DNA from: Candidatus Peregrinibacteria bacterium CG_4_10_14_0_2_um_filter_38_24
Lineage (GTDB): Bacteria; Patescibacteriota; Gracilibacteria; UBA1369; LOWO2-01-FULL-3
DNA: 64,000 bases
Direction: 5' to 3'
NCBI GenBank assembly: GCA_002792535.1
Contig: PFOM01000004.1
Coordinates: 2,551 to 66,550 of the forward strand
Below the pieces are notes generated by a model that saw only the letters and a list, made by a program, of their open reading frames with translations, was not told where the DNA came from and did no database searches. The position numbers and the translations under genes are program-made. Each line of letters begins with the position of its first letter. Positions within the stretch are counted from its first letter, which is position 1. This document shows positions 56,901-64,000 of the stretch, piece after piece.

Positions 56901-57006
56901 AGGAAATGCCAAAAACATTCCCGAGAGCTTAGACTTCTTGTTTCGTGAACAAGCTTTTGTCTAAAAAAACGTAATGCACTCTCGGAAATATTTTTGGCAT
57001 TTCCTT
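56900..57006. repeat. Long intergenic palindromic element between convergent gatA and TrmB genes
   Basis: 28-bp outer IR with two C-A mismatches; inner hairpin CTTGTT-TCGTG-AACAAG. Confidence 0.8.
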
Positions 57007-57101
57007 ACGGATGTATTCAACTTTTCTAAATTATCCGACGCTTAGGACATCGTGATGCTCGTCTTTTTTAGAAATATTTTCTCAAATATATTTCTTTCTT
57101 T

Positions 57102-57965
57102 TTAGAACAATGATAGATTCTTTCTGTAAATATCTTCAGCTGTTTCTTCTCTGTCTGCGATTAGGTTTTTTGTGCTTTTAATTGGTTGCAGGAGTTTTGT
57201 TTTGATGTCTTTGGATTTTTCCACTTCATCAAGGATTTTTGCGAATTTCCAGCACATGTCGAAGATTGCGCGTTGGCTGTTTGCGATTTGTTGGCTTTCT
57301 ATAATCATTCCGATGAGTTCGTCTTTGAACGAAATGATTGCGACTTTGTCGTCGTAAATGTTTATTTCGTTTGTGAAATCGAATTGATCAGGGTTAATGA
57401 TACGCATTTCACGGAAGTATTTTTGGTCCAGTTCATGCACTTTTTTGCCGTAATCGTCGTTTTGGCAAATTCCGCGTAGGAAGATTTTTTTCTTTGCTCT
57501 TTTCTCTACATATTCGATGTCGTAATTTGGCCATGCGTTTCTTATTTCCAGAGAATTTGAGTAATTTAAAATCTCGGTTTTGCTCGTAAGTGTGTCTGCA
57601 TAAATGGCTTTTATACCTTCAATTCCTTCGAAATATCTTACTCGTGGATGTGACACATCGCCTGTTAATTTTTTTAGTTTTGGCAGTGCTATGCGAAGAG
57701 AATTTGTTCTTTTTTCAAATTCTTCAAGAAGAGTTTCCGGCTTGGTGGCGGTGAAATATTTTATTTGTTTCTTTGTGAAATGGCTTATTACGCCGCGTTG
57801 TTTTAGTTTTTCAAGAATGTCGTAAGTCGTGACTCTGTTTATTCCTGCTTTTTGTGCGATTTGTGAGACGGGGGAGGTGCCCGCTTCTGTTGAGGCAAGA
57901 TAAACTTTCGATTCTTTATCTGTAAGGCCGAGGCTGGTAAGTATTTGAATAAGCTCTTTTTCCAT
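57102..57965 (-). CDS. TrmB family transcriptional regulator
   Basis: [31 protein letters not shown] wHTH; [24 protein letters not shown]-domain. Confidence 0.92.
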   Translation of the reverse strand: MEKELIQILTSLGLTDKESKVYLASTEAGTSPVSQIAQKAGINRVTTYDILEKLKQRGVISHFTKKQIKYFTATKPETLLEEFEKRTNSLRIALPKLKKLTGDVSHPRVRYFEGIEGIKAIYADTLTSKTEILNYSNSLEIRNAWPNYDIEYVEKRAKKKIFLRGICQNDDYGKKVHELDQKYFREMRIINPDQFDFTNEINIYDDKVAIISFKDELIGMIIESQQIANSQRAIFDMCWKFAKILDEVEKSKDIKTKLLQPIKSTKNLIADREETAEDIYRKNLSLF

Positions 57966-58047
57966 GATGGTGTTGATTTATGAAATAGAGATTTTGTGAC
58001 ATCGATTGTATGTCTTTTTCTTGCGGTTTTCTTGGGTTTGCCGAAAT

Positions 58048-58071
58048 TTTGTTGTAAAACTCTACGACAAA
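58048..58071. promoter_or_regulatory. Possible operator palindrome upstream of the TrmB gene
   Basis: TTTGTTGTA-AAACTC-TACGACAAA (8/9 match). Confidence 0.35.
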
Positions 58072-58093
58072 TTTACGAAGTAGATTTTAACAA

Positions 58094-59098
58094 TTAGTTT
58101 TTCTTACAGCAATCAATTATGAATTTTTCTATTGCGAGTTTGTGGTGACTATTGTCTCGAGATGAAGTTTTTATTTGTCCCGTTTTGAAGTCCGTATCTA
58201 TTTTAAGCAATTCTTTGTAGATTTCAATGAGATTTTTTTCTGTGAAATTTTTTGATTGTGATGTCATTTTTGTGACGATAAAAGGGTGTAATGCTAATTT
58301 TTTTATTATGCTTTGGTGTGGCTCTTTTCGCTGTAGCATGTCAGAAACTTGGATTAATAGTCTGAAATGTCTGACAATCATGAAGAATATTTTTGGAACG
58401 TCTCCTTCTGATTCTTCGAGAATTTGTAGAATGCTGATTGCTTCTTTTTGTCTTTTCTCTGCGATAGAATCGGTTAAGTGAAAAATTGATGCGGAGAGAG
58501 TGGGGGATACTAATTTTTCTATCATTTCTTTTGTGATTTCTTCGCCGTTCGCGAATGTTTTTACTTTTTCGTATTCGCTTGAGAGTGCCCAAAGACTGTC
58601 GGAAACGTGATCTGCCAATACTTTTGCAGAGATGATTGATATTTTTACATTTTCTTTTTTTGCTTTGCTCATTATCCATTGTGCGCTTGCTTGAGGGGAA
58701 AGTGGTGTGAATTCTTCCACCTTGCCTATTTGTGTGATTTTTTTGTATAGAGATGAGGTTTTTGTGATGCCTGCGTTTTCATAGAAAAATAATACGCAGA
58801 AATCAGGTGTTTTTGTTATGATTTTTGCCATTTGTTTTTGTTCTTCCGCGTTTCTTTCATCGAAAAAATCTTTTATGATGACGAGTTTTTTTTCTGATAA
58901 GAATGGGAGGGATTGAAGGTCTGTTTCAAAGTTTTTTAGATCTAATTTTGCGCCGTCCAAAATTTCGACACTGCTATCTTCCCCGTATTTTTTTGAAAAT
59001 CCGTTTTGGTAAAATTTTAGTTTTTGGTTTGACGAAAAATTGTCTGTTCCGAAGAAGAGGAAGATGTTTGTTTGATTTTCTTGTGTTGGTTCTGTCAA
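58094..59098 (-). CDS. holA: DNA polymerase III delta subunit
   Basis: IFLFFG.D, SLPFLSEKKLVII, EYEKV, IF.LTDSI, LHPFIV.K, D..FKTG; TTG start. Confidence 0.9.
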   Translation of the reverse strand: MTEPTQENQTNIFLFFGTDNFSSNQKLKFYQNGFSKKYGEDSSVEILDGAKLDLKNFETDLQSLPFLSEKKLVIIKDFFDERNAEEQKQMAKIITKTPDFCVLFFYENAGITKTSSLYKKITQIGKVEEFTPLSPQASAQWIMSKAKKENVKISIISAKVLADHVSDSLWALSSEYEKVKTFANGEEITKEMIEKLVSPTLSASIFHLTDSIAEKRQKEAISILQILEESEGDVPKIFFMIVRHFRLLIQVSDMLQRKEPHQSIIKKLALHPFIVTKMTSQSKNFTEKNLIEIYKELLKIDTDFKTGQIKTSSRDNSHHKLAIEKFIIDCCKKN

Positions 59099-59156
59099 TG
59101 TTGTTTGTTAATGTTGGGTGATATTATAACCTGAAGATATGTTTTTATGGAAATGG

Positions 59157-59186
59157 AAAAAAACCTCCGGTTAGGGAAGGTTCTTT
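59157..59186 (-). terminator. Putative terminator for the giant minus-strand gene
   Basis: Minus strand AACCTTCC-CTAACC-GGAGGTT followed by a T run. Confidence 0.5.
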
Positions 59187-59196
59187 TGTGGGATGT

Positions 59197-59255
59197 GTGG
59201 GTGCGAGCGTGTCGTGGGTGCGAGCGTGTCGTGGGTGCGAGCGTGTCGTGGGTGC
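59197..59255. repeat. 17-bp GC-rich intergenic tandem repeat x3.5
   Basis: GTGGGTGCGAGCGTGTC three times exactly, plus GTGGGTGC. Confidence 0.95.
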
Positions 59256-59262
59256 CAAAGGC

Positions 59263-62200
59263 TTACGGAATCAACGATTGTGTGATGTTTAGAAGGTCGC
59301 TTAGGCCCGGTGGGGTGTTTAGCAAGATTCGTTCGTCGTAACGGACGGTGATGGCTCCTTCGTCTTTTGTAGGATCTCCGGCGCCTGTACGGGTTTTGAA
59401 TAATTCGGTGACATTTCCAATCAAACTTCCGTTTATAACAAGTCTGCGATCTGTTGTGCTGTTTTCATTGAAATATAAATCTCCGGAATCGTTGATTGTC
59501 GCATTTGTGATTTTCCCGTCGTCGTTTTTGTTGTCTGTATCAACTGCCATGATTATCGCGTCGATTTGGGTGACATTGTTATCTATGATTATGTTTCCGT
59601 CGATTACGATGAATGCGGCTGATGGAATCTTTTTTGGATTTGTGTAATCTGTTGTTCCATATTTGATATCGGATTTGATATGAAGTGTTCCGCCTTTTAC
59701 GATGTATGTTTGGCCTGCGGGAACTTTTTCGGATTTATTTAGGGCGAAAGAATTGATTTCGAAGGTTCCATTTTCTCCGATTATAAGTGTTCCGCCTTTT
59801 TTGACGAAGACTCCGCTTTGTGCATTATCAAGATCTTGCAAGTCTGTCATGCTTGAGATTTGTTGCTTTGAATTTTTTAGGTTGTTGCTGAATCTTGAGA
59901 TTCTTTCGACATTGGCCTTGATTGAGTCGTTGATGTAGGCTTCTTTCCAAGTTTCGGCAACGTCTGCACGCATTTCACAAATGGTACTTGAGAAATTTTT
60001 GAGGATATCATCGTATCCTTTTACATTTGTTCCTGTGTTACTGTAGCGACAAATGTCATGTGATGGTACTTCAAGGAATTTTGCTTCTTCCGGTAGGTCG
60101 CCGTTACCTGCGCTTGTTGCTTGTTCTACTTGTTCTTTTTCAGGTTGTACCACAAGTCCCGGGGTGCTTTTCACTTCGGAACAACGTGATACGTCGACTC
60201 CTGTGGATAGTGCGTCGTAGAAGAATACATCGCCGGCTTGTCTTGTAAGAACGTAAGGACAGATCACGATGACTTTTGCGGAGACTGAGTCTTCTTCTGT
60301 GCTTTTGTCGAGCATTGTAGCTTTGAATTTTGCGTTGTTGTTGAATTCTTCTCCACAACCGTCTGCTGTGGAAAGGTTTTTACATGCTGATTCGTCAATG
60401 GTTTTTGTGATTTTCATTTGGACTTTGATTTCGATGACTGTGTTTTTTAGGTTTGTTTGTATGTTTTTGAATGGTATTGCGTTGCCATTTTTGAAGTTGA
60501 TTACGACATCCGTGAAAGTTGGATTGTCGATACAGATTACAGTGTTATTTTGACTTCCGTCTTTACAATTGTGTTGGTTTTGGAGTTCGTTTAATTTGAA
60601 ATTATATCCAGTGAAGGATGTGTCTTCAGTTTCATTTTGATAATCGCCGTCTTTTAGAAGGGTTCGTTTTGCATTGGGACCTGTGCCTTCTGTGGCATTG
60701 ATTATCATGCCTCTGTATTGCATTGTTCCCTTTTTGTCACCTTTGATGATTCCGTTTGACATAGTTTTTTCTGAGATGTCTACTTCTTCGGCGGAATTTG
60801 CTTTGAATTGGATCTTGTATGTGACAAGTTTTTTGCTTGAGGAAGCGCCCATGTTTAGGATGTCTTTTGTCGTGTTTGTTGGTTTTGGGTTTGTCGCATA
60901 GACTGATTTTGTCATGACGGGACTTCGTAGTGTTTTTGCGCTGATTGTGTCGGAACAGTCTTCTATTTTGTCTCCGTTTTCGTCCTCTGCATAGACTTCT
61001 ACGGTTGTGCCGTCTTCTGCGTTTTTAAGAGAATTTTTGAGGGAGAGTGTTTTGTCTTCCGGTTGGCCATTGCTCCATGTTCCTTTTTTATCTGTGACTT
61101 TCCAAACGTATGTAAGATTTTTTTCTTCGTTTTTTGGAGAAGTTGTTACATCAAGTTCGAATAATTGTTTTGATGATTTTTTTGCGAACCATGGGCTTTT
61201 TGGAGTCTTGATGCTCAAGCTTTTACAGATTGTAGGTTTTTCAGGGGTTGGTTCTGCCGTGATTGTGGCTTGTGGCGGAGCTGGGTTTGCTGTGATTGAA
61301 GCTGAACATTTTGGGATTTTTGTGCCTGTTTTGTCTAAGGCTGAGATTGTAACTTTTGTTAAGCCTTGAGCATTTTTTAATGTGTTTGTGAGAGTGCCTG
61401 TTGTGTCTGTTTTCTTTCCTGTGTTGCTCCATGTTCCGGTTTTGTCTGTTTCCCAAGAATATGTAAAGTCGCCTTCTTTGTTTGCCGGAGTTGTTGTGAC
61501 TTTGATTTCGAATGGATCGATTGTCATTCCGTCGGCGGTCCATGTTCCTGCAGGGGTGACGATGCTTAGAGCGTCACAAACAGGTTCAGGTTTTGGAGTC
61601 GGTGGTGTGTAAGTTAGAGGGAAGGATTTGTCACAATCAGCGGGAGTTGAGAAATTTTCCGCTTTGACTTCCAAGGCTTTCTTGTCTGAGACTTTTACGT
61701 CGCTATATGTGACGAGGTAGGCTGTTTGGCCGTCTGCGACTGTTTGAGATGGAAGGAGTGTGAATAATGTTTTCAATTTGCCTTCGGCTGTAAGATTTTC
61801 GTTATGGCTTAGGTCGTTTAATACTATTAATTGAAGTGATTTCAGTAATGGGTCGCTCGACATTGAGACTATTGATCCCATGCCTTGTTTTACCGAGAAA
61901 ACATTTTTTTCCGTGACCGGTTTTGAATATTGGGCTTTTGCTCGGACTTGGTAAATTCCGTTTGGAGCAAGAGATGGAGCTTTGTTTGTGTCTACATCTA
62001 TGACTGATATTTGTTTACAAGTTAATGGTTCTTCAGGTTTGATTTCGGGTTGTAAAATCGAGATGTCGGCTTTACATTTTTCTGAATAAAGAGGGCTTGA
62101 TTTGTCGATTGTTGCGGTGATTTGGCCGACTTTGTCCGCTCCTGAGAATACAAGCGGAAGGTTTTTTATTGTTGTTGAAAATTTTCCCGCTTCTGTGTTT

Positions 62201-63999
62201 TTGTTTTTTTGTGAGTCTGTAAGTGTTCCGTTTGTGTTCCATACGAAGTTTAATTTTGTGTCGTTTGGAAGGGTGTTTTTTTGGTTGTCTTTTGTGTTTA
62301 GGGAAAGCTTTATGGCTTGGTCTTTTTGTGCGATTAGTCCCGGTGAATTTGGAGGGAATGTTTGGTCGTCTGATGTGAATGTTAGGGATTCACAACTTTT
62401 TGTACATGGTGCGATGACGGCTACGCATGATTTTTGAGTGTATGGTTTTCCTTCTAACGCTACGAGAGTTGAGGAAACTTGGCCTTCACCGACGTATTTG
62501 ACGGAAAGGCTTGCGACTATAGTTTGTTTTGATTCATTTTTTGGAGTGCCTGAAGACATGTCGTAAAATAGTCCATTTGGATCGGTTGATTCCCATTTTA
62601 CCGAGGTGTTTTCAGGATTTGCTACAGATATTTTCGAATTTTTGTCTTTGTAGAATTTTGCACTTAAGGAATATTCTCCTTGTTTCAGACATGAGACTTT
62701 TTGATTTGTTTTGATGTCTGTGACTGTTAGTCCTGCGGCTTCACAAACGATTGGGATTTCTTTTGGAACTGAAATTATTTCGAATTTTGTGTTACATGCA
62801 CTACAATTTACTGATACGGAAACGACTTTTTGGCCGTCGGATCCTTTTTTTGGAACGAAATATACTTTTGTGTTCGGATCGACTACTATTGTTGAGCCTT
62901 TTTGTTGGGCACCTGCTTTTACTTGTAGTATTTTTTTGTTTAATCCGGATATTTTTGCTTTGTCGGCTTGAGTCAGTTTTTCTTGGTTGAATGCACCAAA
63001 AATGTTTGTTGCGCCGGGGTTTGTTGTTTCTCCGGTTGGATTTAACGGATTAACTAAATCTGAGGTGTTTGGATCGTTTTTTCCAGTTGGTCCGATTGGA
63101 TTGAATGTTCCTATGTCGAGTATATCTTTGAGTGATTGAATAGGGATTGTCCCATACATTTGTCCGAGGATTATGTCGAGGGCGAAAGGGATTGTGTTTG
63201 GGTTTCCTATGATTGTAGGGGCGAGGTCTTTTGGTAGTTGTACCGGATTTTCACAGAAATCGCCGTCTGGTGGTTTTATTTTGCTAAGATCGCCTACTTG
63301 TGTTTCGTCGTATTGTTTTGTGAATTGAGATGTGTTTGCTTTTGCGGCTTTTACATCTGTATCATTTGGGTCGGTGTAGAATGTTCCGTATTCTGCAGGG
63401 ACGGAATATGTGACTTTTCCGTTGAATGTTTTTCCTGCATAATCTTTTCCTATTGCTGAGAATTCGGTGACTTGGCCTTCTGTGATGGTGAAATGTTTGT
63501 TTATTGAGATTTCCTTACAGCTTGGTGCTGGTGAGATTGGTAAGTCTAATTCACATTTGGATACGTCTATTATTCCTGTTGGATCGAAGGCTTGAATGTG
63601 AACTTTGTGGCCTGCGGCTTTCATTCCGACGAAGTGTGTCCAAGTTTTTTGGTCTATTGTTACGTCTTGTGTTCCGGGTTGGTCTGTTTTTTTTGCTTCT
63701 CCTTGAAGGGTTCCTGTGTATCCAAATTGGGCTATTTTATATGGCTGAGTCATGTATGGATATTCTGATGGAGGAGCGGAATAGAATCTTCCATCGTTTA
63801 TGTTGTCCACCCAGTATTTGATTTGGCCTGGGAAGTCTGCTGTTGTTTTATCATCTTTTGTGATTGTGGCTTTTGCCATGAGGTCGGAAATTACGCCGAC
63901 TGTTACCGTTTCCGGATAATTTACTTCAAGTTTTGCACATATTGGTGGGGGAGTGGGAACAAATTTGTCGATACATTTGTTGTTGTCTATTAGTTTTGC
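59263..63999 (-). CDS. Giant extracellular protein with Cys-paired Ig-like modules and C-terminal beta-helix-like domain (5'-partial)
   Basis: Frame is open to the window edge; repeated P-x-C..L.I ... W ... C modules; C-terminal FIVIDGNIIID..IDAII..LVINGSLIG..VRYDER....PPGL. Confidence 0.85.
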   Translation of the reverse strand, partial: AKLIDNNKCIDKFVPTPPPICAKLEVNYPETVTVGVISDLMAKATITKDDKTTADFPGQIKYWVDNINDGRFYSAPPSEYPYMTQPYKIAQFGYTGTLQGEAKKTDQPGTQDVTIDQKTWTHFVGMKAAGHKVHIQAFDPTGIIDVSKCELDLPISPAPSCKEISINKHFTITEGQVTEFSAIGKDYAGKTFNGKVTYSVPAEYGTFYTDPNDTDVKAAKANTSQFTKQYDETQVGDLSKIKPPDGDFCENPVQLPKDLAPTIIGNPNTIPFALDIILGQMYGTIPIQSLKDILDIGTFNPIGPTGKNDPNTSDLVNPLNPTGETTNPGATNIFGAFNQEKLTQADKAKISGLNKKILQVKAGAQQKGSTIVVDPNTKVYFVPKKGSDGQKVVSVSVNCSACNTKFEIISVPKEIPIVCEAAGLTVTDIKTNQKVSCLKQGEYSLSAKFYKDKNSKISVANPENTSVKWESTDPNGLFYDMSSGTPKNESKQTIVASLSVKYVGEGQVSSTLVALEGKPYTQKSCVAVIAPCTKSCESLTFTSDDQTFPPNSPGLIAQKDQAIKLSLNTKDNQKNTLPNDTKLNFVWNTNGTLTDSQKNKNTEAGKFSTTIKNLPLVFSGADKVGQITATIDKSSPLYSEKCKADISILQPEIKPEEPLTCKQISVIDVDTNKAPSLAPNGIYQVRAKAQYSKPVTEKNVFSVKQGMGSIVSMSSDPLLKSLQLIVLNDLSHNENLTAEGKLKTLFTLLPSQTVADGQTAYLVTYSDVKVSDKKALEVKAENFSTPADCDKSFPLTYTPPTPKPEPVCDALSIVTPAGTWTADGMTIDPFEIKVTTTPANKEGDFTYSWETDKTGTWSNTGKKTDTTGTLTNTLKNAQGLTKVTISALDKTGTKIPKCSASITANPAPPQATITAEPTPEKPTICKSLSIKTPKSPWFAKKSSKQLFELDVTTSPKNEEKNLTYVWKVTDKKGTWSNGQPEDKTLSLKNSLKNAEDGTTVEVYAEDENGDKIEDCSDTISAKTLRSPVMTKSVYATNPKPTNTTKDILNMGASSSKKLVTYKIQFKANSAEEVDISEKTMSNGIIKGDKKGTMQYRGMIINATEGTGPNAKRTLLKDGDYQNETEDTSFTGYNFKLNELQNQHNCKDGSQNNTVICIDNPTFTDVVINFKNGNAIPFKNIQTNLKNTVIEIKVQMKITKTIDESACKNLSTADGCGEEFNNNAKFKATMLDKSTEEDSVSAKVIVICPYVLTRQAGDVFFYDALSTGVDVSRCSEVKSTPGLVVQPEKEQVEQATSAGNGDLPEEAKFLEVPSHDICRYSNTGTNVKGYDDILKNFSSTICEMRADVAETWKEAYINDSIKANVERISRFSNNLKNSKQQISSMTDLQDLDNAQSGVFVKKGGTLIIGENGTFEINSFALNKSEKVPAGQTYIVKGGTLHIKSDIKYGTTDYTNPKKIPSAAFIVIDGNIIIDNNVTQIDAIIMAVDTDNKNDDGKITNATINDSGDLYFNENSTTDRRLVINGSLIGNVTELFKTRTGAGDPTKDEGAITVRYDERILLNTPPGLSDLLNITQSLIP

Positions 64000-64000
64000 A

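Noticed and set aside
59197-59255. CRISPR array (also considered for 1747-1828 and 8090-8239)
   Set aside because: Repeats are directly adjacent with no unique spacers, and there are no cas genes.

Overview
AT-rich bacterial chromosomal segment using the standard code 11: TGA closes several genes at their expected C-termini and Trp is TGG. Starts mostly lack Shine-Dalgarno motifs. Gene content (SLH proteins, giant Cys-paired surface protein, TrmB regulator, HppA) suggests a Patescibacteria/CPR genome, probably Peregrinibacteria-like (inference). The right half is mostly housekeeping: rny, groES/EL with a CIRCE, pyrH-frr-rseP, dnaA, mltG, rplY, rel, recO-ftsX, gatCA, holA. The left half is accessory. 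Highlights: (1) a family of dispersed intergenic palindromic elements (25327, 34784, 48488, plus relatives at 40091 and 56900) that share a three-way-junction architecture and a TCTAAC(A/G)TGTACGA loop while their stems differ almost completely in sequence yet still pair; (2) a single polypeptide joining an ATP-grasp amino-acid ligase, a degenerate retropepsin-like domain and a DUF1704/MATCAP-type HExxxH carboxypeptidase, next to a PKD-7TM protein ending in EEE and a separately transcribed (PVAPEA)8 peptide; (3) a cluster with four ATP-grasp domains, a PLP decarboxylase and a GNAT; (4) several pseudogene chimeras apparently produced by deletions; (5) Rny with Asn at a conserved HD-domain Asp, Rel with a degenerate hydrolase domain, and recO with no canonical start codon. 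No rRNA, tRNA, CRISPR array or transposase was recognised. All calls come from reading motifs by eye; no searches were run.
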